Positions 37,880 to 50,000 of a stretch of DNA of 64,000 bases are shown piece by piece. The stretch is from Chlorokybus atmophyticus. Its lineage: Eukaryota; Plantae; Mesostigma and Chlorokybus algae. The stretch is taken from contig RHPI01001559.1 in the NCBI GenBank assembly GCA_009103225.1, positions 190,274 through 254,273 of the forward strand. The letters are read 5' to 3'. The notes beneath the pieces were generated by a model. It was not told the DNA's origin. It did not search any database and saw only the letters and a list, made by a program, of their open reading frames with translations. Each line of letters starts with the position of its first letter. Within the stretch, counting starts at the first letter, position 1. The position numbers and the translations under genes are program-made.

Positions 37880-37967
37880 GGCTTATGAAGCATTGATAAG
37901 CAATACACAACCTCTCATGGTAGCGACTTTTGCTACCATGGCCTAGTCGGCCAAGCCCCGCGTTACA
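37880..37967. repeat. LTR-like fragment related to the 89-bp solo LTR
   Basis: CTCATGGTAG..CTTTTGCTACCAT.GCCTAGT...GTTACA shared with 32262-32319; last 12 nt CCCCGCGTTACA identical to 37461-37472. Left boundary unclear. Confidence 0.55.
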
Positions 37968-38974
37968 GGTGAGGTGAAAAGCCATCAACGCCTTTTCGCC
38001 CACATCGTGCTAACATATTAAATTCTTTTTCCCATATAGGTCTCCAAGAGGTACCAGCATATGCCACTAGCATATGCCAACATGGTGTGACACATGTCAC
38101 CTCAACCATGCTTATCAATTACTATTGTATCTCACACAAACTCTGGTGTGACACATGTCTCATCAGAAACTAGCTGATGGCATGTACACTGATCAACTCT
38201 GTGCGAGCTGTTTATCAATGCCTTGTATAGTTCATCTTGCCCAAGGCTCATGAGCACAAGGTTTAACTGTATGAGCGAACCACTTAGGTACTGCACACAC
38301 CTAAGCAATTGCACTCCCATACAATCATGATGTCAACATAGTAGCCTGAGAGTGAGTATGCCTTGCATGTTAGGCTTGACAGAGATCGAACAATGGTACA
38401 AGTACCTTGCTAGCATTTTCAACTAGTCATATGGTAATGCAAGTACTCTCTAGACGGCACCTTTCGACCTTTTCTTTCTTAATGTGTATACTCCTTGCTG
38501 TACACACGGATTGACGTTCAAGGACCATGAATGGTCCGTGACGCAGGACCGGGATTTCCCCCTGCTCAATGAAATCGGTGGACCTTGCATGGTCTGTTTT
38601 TCATCGACAGTCGGACCATTCACGTGAATGGTACCATTGTCCCTTGGTACGCACCACTTAAGGTCCGGCCGATTACTGTTGCGTCAGGACCAAGTATGGT
38701 CCAGCCATCGGACCAGGGACAAAATCATCACAATACTTCAATAACTGGTCCGGCCAGCGGACCATCGACCGAAGTTTAATATGAAACAATGTAAACAGTA
38801 GTGCAACTGCAGTAAAAGTTGAGACATCTTTGCCGGCGGCACCGGCCACGCCCAACCTGCGGCGCAGGAGGCCGCGGCCAGCTCCGCGGAGTTAGTCGAA
38901 TGATTAGTCAAGAACACACGCATCGGCCGGATTCGAACCCAGTATCTTTAGCATATCAAAGACGACGCCCTAAC

Positions 38975-41900
38975 CAGTGTTGGGCATTAATTGTTAACCT
39001 GTTAACCATTTACCGTATTAACAGGTTAATGTTAACCATTATCAGTTGACCCATGAGATCATGGGTTAACAGGTTACGTCGAGTTACGCTCTTAGCGTGT
39101 CTCAGTATCAGAGTTACGCCGCATGTAGCGGTGTATCTTGCAGCAGTACTTGGCGGGAAACTTTACCTTATTGCAGCGGCGGCGGCGGCGGCGGCGGCGC
39201 TGGAGACCAGCGGCGGCGGCAAGGAAGCGCACCTAGAGAGTCCTAGGATGCTTGCTGGCGACAAGAGTCCTTAAGGTAAGCACATATCTTTCCATGCTTA
39301 GTGCATTTGCTGAGCTAGCAGCGAAACCATCTGCATGCACGTATTGTGCTGTCGTGAAGCACTCTTTGTGCAGTCCTGTAGGGCATACAGTGCAGGTTAC
39401 AGGCTGCAGCAATGCAATGTTGTTGGTTCTCAATGTTGTATGAATCAGTGCAACGCAGCATGTCTTCTTGAAGACTATGTTTATATATATATATATAAGT
39501 TTTTCTCTTTGTTGTGCAGTTCCCTATGTCGTCTGTGGCCGACAATGTAGGCCTCAAACGCAGTGAAACAAAACTTGCAGTGTGGCGGTACTTTACAAAG
39601 ACTGCAGATAAACGCAACGGTCATCATTATGGGGCCATTTGCAAAGCTTGCGTGGATGCAACCGGATGTGTGCCTGATGCTGGGCACTGTTTAGGAACAA
39701 ACAAGCACATGCATGCGCACTTAGCTGCATGTCAGCACTGCAACTCAGCTACACGAAAGGTTGGGAGGGAAAATCGTGATGATGGGCGTGAGAAGAGAAA
39801 GGCGTCAGGGGAAGATGTGTCGCAATCCAAATTTCGTGGAGTTCCTTCCTGAAAGATGTGCCATTGAGTGCATCTGACGACCACAAGTTCCATAGTTTGC
39901 TAGTGAGAGCAATTGTTGCTGGCAATTGGCCGTTCAATAGCATGGACATTCCAGAAGTTCGCAAGTTGTTTGAGTTTTTTAGGCCTGCTGTGTTTCTGCC
40001 TTTTCGAAAGAAAACAAGTGGTCCTCTCCTTAACAAAGAAGTTGCTGTCGCGCAAGCGGCAATGCATGAAGCTTTGAGCCAGAGCAAAGGTCAGCACTAG
40101 CTCAGAGTGCAAGATGGTCGTGCACGTGCACACATGTGCATACATGTGATGCTAGCATGCATCTGATTGGTGCTGCTGCAGGATGTTGCCTGGTACTTGA
40201 TAGTTGGACCAACATTGTTCGCCGCCAGCTGCTGGCATTTACTATCATCACGGATGATCGGCAAGTAAGTGACACCTGACATGTTGAAGGGGGGCAGGTT
40301 GCGGTTTTGCATGAACATGGTTGTACTGCCAGGTGTTTCCGCATCGTTGTGTTGACATTACTGCACAGCGCAAGCTTGCCGAGGGCTTGGCAGACATCAT
40401 TCTGGAAGAAATAGATCTTATTGCTACCACTTTCAATGCGACAATCATTGCAATTGTATCCGATGCTGCAGCAGACTGCCGCAAGGCCCGCCGGCTTGTT
40501 CTTGAGAAGCATCCTCATATGAGTTCATTGGATTGCTACGCTCACCAAGTAAGAAGCTGCATGCGGCTGCCTGCATCGCACAGTCATTGCTTGTTGCAAA
40601 TGCTTGATGTACTTAGCTTGATATGTATTGCAGGGCAACTTGCTGGTGGGTGACTACTTCAAGGTGAACAAAGATGCTACTGACGCTTTGAAAGACTGCA
40701 CGGCAATCATTAATTGGTTTAACAACCATGCTGTTCCTCTTGGGCGACTACAAGGTCGCATGAGCAGCCCCAAGGCGCTCAAAGTTGCAGTGTCCACACG
40801 ATGGGGATCGCAAGTAGACGCCATCATTCGGCTGCTGCAAGTCGAAGGAGACATGAGGACGTTGTGCTTGATGTCACGCCGCGAGCTGGTGCAGTCCGTG
40901 GGGTCTGGTGCTGATGTGAAAAAGAAAGCGGAGGGCATTATGGATTTGGTTAGCAAGCAAGCAATGTGGACAGCACTAGACCGCACGGCTCATCAGCTTA
41001 TGCCACTCAAGGTCGTCATCAGAAGCTTGGAAGCTGAGCAAGCACGCTTAGATGATGTGTTTGAAAAGTACGATATGTTATATCAGCATTTTCGTGGCAT
41101 TGGGATCGTGGATAGCTCTGCAGACATTGCAGCATCTGGTGAGGACCAAGTTTTGAGCACCCATCTCCTGGAGAGTCTGAAAAAGCGTTGGGGTAAAATG
41201 GAGCAGCAACTCTTTGTGCTAGCGTATGTTTTGAACCCGGCAAGGCAGACTGAACATCTTAACACAGCTGAACCTTTTCTTTTTGATGTCAACTTGGCCT
41301 TAATGGCCGAGGAAGCTTACAAGAGGGTGATTGAGAATGATGAGGCTGCAGGCAAGCGCTGCTTCCAGTCCATGACAGAGTATTTGTGTAAAGAGAAGCA
41401 TTTTGGCCAAGTTCTCCTAACAAAAGTAGCAGAGAAGCCTTTGCTCTTTTGGAAGTTGATGCGCCAGCTATCTCCAGAGTTGGCAGCACTTGCTGAGCGT
41501 TTGTTTGCCGTGACGGTGCACTCGGCTTCAGTCGAACGCCTCTTTTCCCCGCTTGGCAACATTCACACCAAGCGGCGCAACCGCATGCAAGTAGCACGAG
41601 CAATGAAGATGGCGGTGGTCAAGTTATCTCTCCCCCCTCGCAAGCGCTCTGCACCTTCAGTTGCAGTGGAAAGCACGTGCGTGTTGCGCATTTGCATGCA
41701 TAAAATGATGTCAAGCCTATGCGACATGTTGCTTATGCATTGTGATGCAGGTACATGCCTCAGCGCGATGTTGTTGTGATTGATGATGAAGTGGTGGAAG
41801 GTGCTACCGAGCATGCGGTGGAGGAGACGGTGCGCGAGTCTTTAGAGGTTGGATTGGACCCGTGCGAGGAGCCAGAGTTCATTCTGGATGAAGAGCAGTT

Positions 41901-42259
41901 TATTGTTGACATTGCATTACTGATGAGGGGAGTAGATAATGATGAGGATGAGTTAGATGAGCAGGCTGAGTACATGCTTAAGGAAAGGTGCCCGTTAGGC
42001 AACTTGTTTAGCTCCACCTACCAGCCATTGAGCTTTGCAGCATAGCAGACATGGAGGTTGAGTGACGCAGCTTGTTTGGAGCTTAAATGAGATTGCAACT
42101 GTTAACCTGCTAGCGTATCTCGCTCAGCTTGTCGAGAGCTCTCGATTGACAGTACTTTTACCGCAAACCGAGCATGTGCGAATCGTTAACCAGGCATTAA
42201 CGTTAACTTATTAACCATTAACGTTAACAGCGATCAACTTGGGTTAATGCCCAACACTA
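38975..42259 (+). mobile_element. hAT DNA transposon, 3285 bp
   Basis: 16-bp TIRs CAGTGTTGGGCATTAA / TTAATGCCCAACACTA, 8-bp TSD GCCCTAAC, subterminal GTTAAC repeats. Confidence 0.95.
39526..42045 (+). CDS. hAT transposase (BED zinc finger, DDE core, hATC dimerisation domain), spliced, probable frameshift near 39850
   Basis: AVWRYF...CKAC...HLAAC; LVLDSWTNI; IVSDAAA; DCYAHQ; STRWGSQ; PLLFWK...SPELAALAERLF...SASVERLFS. Frame changes between 39852 (TGA) and 39858 with no compatible intron seen. Confidence 0.88.
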
Positions 42260-42584
42260 GCCCTAACCACTAAGCTACAAGTGCACGTACCGGTAGGGTC
42301 GCATGGCAACCTATATCATGTAGTTTATTGCATGCGCCGACAGCCGCTTGGCGACTGTCGGCCGGCGGCAGTAATTGCCGATGGACAGTCGGAGATTGTG
42401 TGTCACTTTGATAGGCTCATAGGCTGAGCCTATGCAATTGTAGCATTTATAGGCTGTACCAGTTACATGGACGGTGGTAAACTACATACCGGTAGCCGCG
42501 AACTCGGCGGTTGTCAATACGCCAGTACAATTTGTAGACTTGTTAGGGCTGTCATTGTGACAATGCTTAGTGATAAAGTATAAA

Positions 42585-43206
42585 GGGTAAAGTGCCCATA
42601 CTTCGGACACTTATTTAAGGATAGGTCGCCACGGGCCCATCGCCGGTCCGTTTCCAGAGTGGGTTGGCTTGTTGGAACGCTGACTTTATGAGCTTTGCAA
42701 CGAACTGTTCCGCTCAATTATTGGTTAACAATTGCGTTCACCACACCCTCTCAAAGGTGAGGGTGTGCTGAAGTCTCCGGAGAAAGTAACTTTGCCTAAC
42801 TTCGGACAAGGGCAGACTGACCGTGACTTGTTACAGGCGGTAGCAGGGTTATAGACCTATTTTCGCCGTAACTTTTGCAATGGGTGACCATATAGCCAGC
42901 CCTTTTAAGGACCGATTATAGACAATAAGGCGGTCACATACAGTTAAAAATCACCGCAAACCGCCGTTTCTAACGCTATCCTTGAGGGTTTAAAGTTTAC
43001 AAGTAACGTTGAATTTGCACTCTTAACTACTTTTGCGGCGTTGATACTTTAGCAATTGAACTGCAACTTTGTAGTTAGTGGTGTCTCGTTAATAGCTACA
43101 AAACAAGCTATTACTTGCCCCTTTTGGCCGCCAGTAGGCATTACAACCGGCCAGCACTCAGTGTGTCCGAAGTTACGCAAACGTCCGAAGTTAGAGCAAC
43201 ACACCC
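42585..43206. mobile_element. pogo-related MITE nested in element Y
   Basis: Degenerate TIRs GGGTAAAGTGCCCATACTTCGGAC / reverse GGGTGTGTTGCTCTAACTTCGGAC; flanks AA and TA; segment has no counterpart in sister copy X; extra AACTTCGGAC copies inside. Confidence 0.55.
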
Positions 43207-43779
43207 TAGTAGCCAAATTGCGACTGTCAATGCATCCAGTGTACCTTATCGAGCTGTCGATGATTCTGTGGTCGCATGAGGCTTTTATAGGCCATTTATA
43301 AGGTTATACAAGTAAGGCTACAAGTCATAACATCTAACATTGCTTGCGCTTTCGTTTTGTACAAATCATCAAAACCAAACATACTATAAACTACGCCTAG
43401 CAATGCAACATGCGAACAGCATCAACATATGTATTTATGATATGATGTTAACGGTTGTGAACATTATGATAATGTAATAACTAACGAACTATATATAATG
43501 TAATTAACACGCGCAATGCATGGATGTAAATTTGATATAGTTATTTTTTAGACCATGTAATTGTACAGTAATCATAATACTTTGTACAATCATATTCTTA
43601 TACATTTTTTGAGATGTATATAATTTTGCATATGAAAGGTCTACTGCACATGTGTACGCGCATCAATATACTTACAACAATGTATGTACATGAAATAATA
43701 GATATGAAGTAATTGCACGGCTGTAAATTGCGGCCGCAATACGTCAACAATTTTTGCTTGTATACCTTAAGCCTATTCC

Positions 43780-43900
43780 TACATGCACACACACACACGT
43801 ATATTTATCTACATATATATACATATGCATGTATACATATATGTATATGTGTATATATACACATATATCTATATGTATACACATATCCATTTATACATAT
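43780..43900. repeat. (CA)/(TA)-type low-complexity microsatellite
   Basis: CACACACAC...TATATATACATATATG runs. Confidence 0.8.
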
Positions 43901-46900
43901 ATAGGCCACAAGTGGACAGCCGCAACTGGTCGGCGGCTGTCAAGTTTCAATGTACATGGACAGCCGGCTGTCAACATACATTGACAGCCGCCGGCCATTT
44001 GCGACTGTCCACTTTATGGTAAGCGGCGACAGTCGGTGCGGCCTGTCATTTGTTAAATGCTGATACACACAATGTACCTATGTACATGCAGTAATGATAC
44101 TTCAGTCATGGTACACGTGTAGCGCGCCCTGCAGGGCCGCCAACCAGCAACATTGCTGGTCCCATACATGGTGCGGCACGGACCATGTACGGTGCGCGGC
44201 TGCCGGGCCGCTGAGCCGCGGGCCCACTCCTGGTCCGCATCCAGGAACCAGCGTAGAGTACTGGTCCGTGCCGCACCATACAAGGTGCGGCACGGACCAT
44301 ATGTGGTGCGCGACTGCGCGCCAGGTATTGGGGCCCCAAAAGAGCCATGGACGGTCCGTCCCTCGCGGACCAGACACTCGTGGTCCGCGGGGACGGACCA
44401 TGTATGGCCCGCGGGGTCCGTGGAAGGACCATGCATGGTCCCCGAACGTCAATCCGTGTGGTAAACTCCTTGTGTTAGCACTTAATTCTTGCTTGAAGGG
44501 TGTAAGTGTGGTTGCTGTGCGAGCGTGCTGGTGTTGAGAGCACAGTGCATGCCTCTCAAAGAAGCTTGCCATTATCTCCTCGACGCAGCAACCGCCTCAG
44601 TGTGACTATACCACCTACGACCAATCCTTCTTTCTCAACACCCAGTAACTCGCACGGTACCGTTCATTGCATGCTTGCAGTATCATTGCTGAGTGCATAC
44701 AAAGGCATTGAGATCTAGAGTGACTTAGCACCAACTTGTGACCACCATTGTCAGTTACAACCCTGCACATCTCACATCACCCTAATGCATTGGCTCATAG
44801 GAGAGAGAGCTGTACTGGGCGAGATTCATTTATCACCTTTGTGGCACGACCATGTCATCTACACGCATGTACAGTGAGTCACATCTCCAATGAGAAGGGA
44901 GCACAAGTTTTGCACTCACATGAGAGAGAGGACAAGTTGAAAACCATCATGCAAATGGTTACCGAACACCAGCCTACACTGTAGGCTGTGACGACAGCTA
45001 CCAGCACAACAGTGCCTTGCTTGTCATAAATGCTATCACCTAAGTTCAACTCTCACTAAGTGACTGACTTACCATCACTCGCTTCAGGTGTGACAGCAAC
45101 TTCAACTGTGACAACAACGACAGAGCTCCACGAATGCTTGCAACAGCGTGCTTGCCAACAACGCAGTGGTGTGCCTCAGGTGTATCACGCATAGCATTTA
45201 TCCATATGCTTTTATTGCGTACACGGCATACATACAAGACTTACGGGCGGTGGGGGCATTAGCCGTGCTATGCGACAGCACACCACATCATGCTTGCTTC
45301 GCTCCCTCGCTGCCATCAACGTCCAGGCTGACACAGCCGTGTGTGCTAAGGTTGGTTGGCTGGTTGTTTACTTGCGCGCTTCTGCTATCCGCTGCCTTGC
45401 CCCGCACATTGCACAGCACGTAGCTAGCATCAACTTTAACTTAAGCATGTTAAAGCCACCCATGGCTTTAACATACTTAAGAAATTCCGCCTACCTGCTC
45501 CTTACTGCCCTGTTTGTCTTGCTTGACCTTGCCTTGCACTGCATGCGTGTTGCAGACATGGCTATCACTTATATCTTATACATGCTATGCAAGTGCGCTT
45601 CAAGTTGGCAATGTGAATGAATGTACTCAGTTCAAGGGCACGCACCAAATGAGCGACCGACTACAATACCGTGGAGAGGACGCACAAGCAGCGCACTAGG
45701 CGCACTTCTTGTAGGCTGCAGCCCCAGTCGCGTCACACAGCCCGCCCTCAGGAGGTCCTCTGAGGCGCTGCTCGGGGCGGGCTGTGTGACGTGAAGGAGG
45801 CGCGGCCGCCTTGGGGCTGACTAAGGAAGCGGAGGTCGCCAGCTGGCAGCACGCGGCTCGCCCTAGTCGGCGGAGAGCCATGTGCCAGCGCAGGCAGGAC
45901 AGCAGCGGCAAAGCCGTGCCGGCCTCCTGTCCGCGCAGTCCCACCCATCTTAGTAGGAGTTGAATGCTGGCGAGGCGGGTGCAATTAAGCTTGTGCTTGT
46001 AATCGGCGGTGTTCGTCGTCACAGCCGGCGGAGTCACGGGTGGAGTCATCCTGGATGGGGGCGGCGCCATGCGGTAGAGCGCCATCCAGGCAGGCGAGGA
46101 AGCGCTAGCGCGTGAAGTGGTCGATGACATCGTGCGGCCTGGCTGGCCGGCAGCTGGCAGCGCAGCCCTAGCCAGCCAGGTAGCACGTTTGGACCTGCCT
46201 TGTCGTGTGTGTGCGTGTGTGTGAGCTTGCGCGTACGCGAAGCTTGTGCATGCAGGTGTGTGTGAGAGAATGTACCATCAACTATCCTATGCAATAACCA
46301 TTCCATGCATGCCCGCACGTCGTATCACGTCAGGTGTGTGAGCATGTGTGGGTGTGGGTGTCTGCAGGCTGACATATAACGTAAGCAATCCATTTGACGT
46401 TGGCAATAAGCAGATTTGTTGTTCTCAACCTCAACTGAATTGCTGTGAACTTGGCTGGCTATGGGTCTGACCATGTCTACTGCCACTGGCAGTCAGCGGT
46501 ACGAGCTGCAGAGGCTGAAATTGCTGCTGACGCTGCGAACTTTCTGACCGGCAGTGGTATATTATCATCCATATCATGGTATGAGTCTGCAGTCCAATCT
46601 GGAGTTTTAGTTCTGTCTTCGCCTTCTGGCCTCTCACCACTGCTCATCCTTGTCAATCCGCTGTGCTCTTCTCCATGTTTGAATTCTAGTAGTCACTGAA
46701 TCAGAAGTCCAAACAGGCTAGGTAAGGCTAACAACATTGCAGACTTGTACAGGAGTTGCCGCGCGGGCTCAGTCAGGACGACAATGCCTGAGTAGTCCAG
46801 TTTCTGTGCGGCATTGGTCGCCAGAGGACAAGGTAAAGGTAGCTGTGCCTCTGAGCTGGCCATAGAGACTGTGCGTTGCATGTATGGTCTGACTACGTAC

Positions 46901-47076
46901 ATGGTCTTGATCAGTTCAACTGCTCAAGACGACAAGTTGCACATGTCGTGCAATCGCAACGGCCAGCAGTGTCCGTGGACAGCGTCCGTGCGTCAATGTT
47001 TTCTTGCAATGCGCTTGCGTGCGTGCGTGCGTGGTAACCCCATTCTGCTGGGCAGTTGGCGACATGAGGCGCGGTG

Positions 47077-50000
47077 ATGGCGGCGAGGAAAGTGAAGTCT
47101 GAAGCAAGAATGGCGGAAATGGTGGCGAAATATGCGGACTCGAAGTCCGGCTCAGACTCCGACTCGGAATTGGCGAGGGCGGTGTCGATGCCAGCGTGTG
47201 CGCCATTTGAACCTGAACTGGAGGTACAGACTGTGTACTGCATGTATGGTCTCATTATAACAGCGCGGTCCTGATTGGTGCCACCAGTGGGTGCATACGT
47301 CATATGCAGTCACAATGACGGCCTTCAGCATTGTTTGTGGACAGCGTCCAAGTGCTGGGTTGTTAATTATTGGTGCGTGCGTGCGGTAACCCCATTCTGC
47401 TGGGCAGTGGGCGACGCGACGCGCAGAGATGGAAGCAATCCAAGTGGAGGCGCTGGAGGCGAAGTTACCCGCGTGGAAAGGTCAGATGGAGGTGGCGGGC
47501 AAGGCATTGACAAATGCGGAAATTGCGATGGAGCGGGCGCACGAAACCGGTCAGGTCTTGAGGGGCCACTCTTCGCAAGTGCGCTGTGTAGTGTGGAGCC
47601 CAAACGGGCTTCGGCTGGCCACGGCGTCGCAGGACAAGACAGCGGCGGTGTGGAACACAGTGACCGGTGAGCAGCTGCGTGTGCTGAAGGGCCACACATA
47701 TCAGGTGCATGCCGTGGCGTGGGGCCCGGACAGTCGCCAGCTGGCGACGTTGTCGCGTGGCATGACAGCGGTATGGGACGCCGAGACTGGGGAACTCATG
47801 CACGAGCTGCGCCACCAGGCCTCGGAGTCATGCGTAGCGTGGAGTCCAGATGGGCGGCAGCTGGCCACGGCGTTGAGTGATCAAACGCTGGTGTGGGACG
47901 CCAAGAGCGGAAAACTCCTGTACGGGCTGCGGAAACGCACGGACGGGGTGATGATGTGTGTAGCATGGAGCCCGGACGCACGGCGGCTGGCCACAGGATG
48001 CAACACCATGGCTGTGGTGTGGGACGCTGCAACCGGGCAACGCCTGCACGTGCTGGAAGGCCACAAATATCAGGTGCATTCCGTCGCTTGGAGCTCAGAC
48101 GGGCGCCAGCTGGCCACGGGGTCAAGGGATGCGACGGCGGTGTGGGACACCGAGACAGGGACGCGCATGCACATGGTATCGTGGCACCCTCAGCGGATGA
48201 TGATGTCCATAGCGTGGAGCCCAGATGGGAGGCGGGTATCTATTGTATACTCGGCCATGTCAGAGTGTGTCGGGTTAGCATTGCTGGACGCCGCGACGGG
48301 GCAGTGGCTCCACGTGCTGCAGGGCCATAGTAGCGGCTCCCATCCCATGGATGTCATGGCATTGAATGGCGTGAAGTTCATAACATGGAGCCCGGACGGG
48401 CGGCAGCTGGCCATGGCGTCGTTGGACAACAAGGTGGCGGTGTGGCACGCTGCAACGGGGGAGCGCTTGGGTGTGCTGAAGGGCCACACTCGTCCCGTGA
48501 CGTCCGTGGCGTGGAGCCCGGACGCGCGGGAGCTGGCGACTTCATCAAAAGACAGTACTGTCAGAATCTACTGTTTGCATTCAGCCCTTCAGCTGCTGGA
48601 CATCGAAGTTTCAGCGCTCTTTCAGTGTCACTGTTCCCCACACGCGCATGACCGGGCAAGACATGAGCCCCACAACGAGCGCAATTGCTTCTCTACGCAG
48701 GAGAAGGAGGCCATTGTCCGCTGGCTGCAAGCTCATGATGCGGACTTCATGGGTGTGGATCTGGAGTGGCTCAGAACCCACATGCAACAGCAAGCCATAG
48801 AGCAGCTTCTGGATACGCTGCAGGCTGAGCGCTTCCTTCTATTTAGCAACGATGGTGATAGCATGCTGTACGTGTCAAGAGCATTTGTTGCAAGCCAGGC
48901 ACAAGCCAACGCACGATCAGCTTCAAATCTGGATGCAAGTCAAGGCACATGCTCTCCAGCAAGCGTCAGAAGGAACCTTGCGTCACATCCTGCAGCTGCA
49001 GCTGGTGGGCATAACACGACCCAAAGCTTGTCTGAAGTGGCGGATGGCGTTGTCAAGGTGGAGGTAGCTCAGGCAGGGACAGAACCACCTGGCGACTTGT
49101 CAAAAGCTTGCTGCATACGCCATCTGGTCACAGGGACGTTTCAAGTTGCACCTGGCATTGTACTGAGTGTCACACAAAAGACCGAGTTTGGCGACTACCG
49201 CTTGCAGTACTACAAGCACAGTGAGGTCTCTTTACATGGCAGCCAAATGAATTGGGAGTTGTGCGTGGACATCACCCTAGCCATATGCAGCAGTGACGAT
49301 GCTCAACCGCGCGTAAGCACCTGTCTTGTTTCATCACTAGAATTTGCCATGTCTTTTAAACTGGACTGTTGCTGTCGGGCCTGATGTCAAGCTGAATGCA
49401 GATGCGCATTGTTCTCAACACGCTGGAGACAAAGTTATTCGCGCTACAGACGAAGTCATGCACGTCAGGGGTGCCATCCTCAGATGGATGGTTTCGCTCT
49501 CTGTTGCCTAGAAGCCTGAGGAGCTCCAAGGGTGGTTTCGTGCCCATAATCTACCATGCAGAGATTGGACTGGCTTTGCACCGCGTTGGCAGCGAGCTGG
49601 ACATACCTTTGGGCGTCCACGCTTTTGGCATGTCTCCCACGACGGACAAAGTCAAACAGGCATGCGCGTACAAGTAAGAGCAGCAAAGGTCATGTCGCGA
49701 CCTGAGATAAAGCTTGACGAACATATTCCTAACTGCACAGGGTGCCCCACGGCTGGACGCATCCCTCCGGTTCATTGGCACTCGGACTAACTGAACTGGT
49801 ACTCCCAACTCCTGGACAACTTTGCACTATAGTCAGCGGCCCAAGTGTAGGGACATCAGTGGAGGTCTTGGAGTTTGCTGCTCGTGCTGAGCTACTACGC
49901 GCCTGCGAAGCCAAGTGTGTTCATTGGAAGCGCAATCTACTCCATTCTATGTTGTGTTTCACGCCATCACTTGGTACGCAACCCTTGTCACAGTTGCATA

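Larger units (their letters stand above)
38929..42277 (-). promoter_or_regulatory. tRNA-like A/B boxes of element Y, split by the hAT
   Basis: A box TAGCTTAGTGG (42277-42267) and B box GGTTCGAATCC (38939-38929) are about 34 nt apart once the hAT and one TSD copy are removed. Confidence 0.65.
38503..44460. mobile_element. Non-autonomous CACTA/CMC-like element, copy Y, inverted relative to X
   Basis: Termini CACACGGATTGACGTT / AACGTCAATCCGTGTG, 3-bp TSD GTA (38500-38502, 44461-44463); internal blocks homologous to X (38510-38970 vs 30215-30717; 42290-42520 vs 26370-26594; 43900-44460 vs 25216-25790). Confidence 0.9.

Noticed and set aside
32231-37967. 32231-32319 and 37880-37967 as the paired LTRs of the gag element
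   Set aside because: The MTase continues in frame beyond 32231, the 89-mer has its own TSD, and the two sequences are only partly similar.
44090-44460. CRISPR-like or coding repeat in the GGCACGGACCAT arrays (also 25240-25570)
   Set aside because: Repeats are short, irregular and subterminal to TIRs; they fit transposase-binding repeats, and overlapping ORFs on both strands are spurious.
44500-46700. Possible minus-strand gene around 45696-46200, and exon-like pieces at 50750-51900
   Set aside because: GC-rich and plausibly coding or pseudogenic, but I could not establish frame, splice sites or homology.
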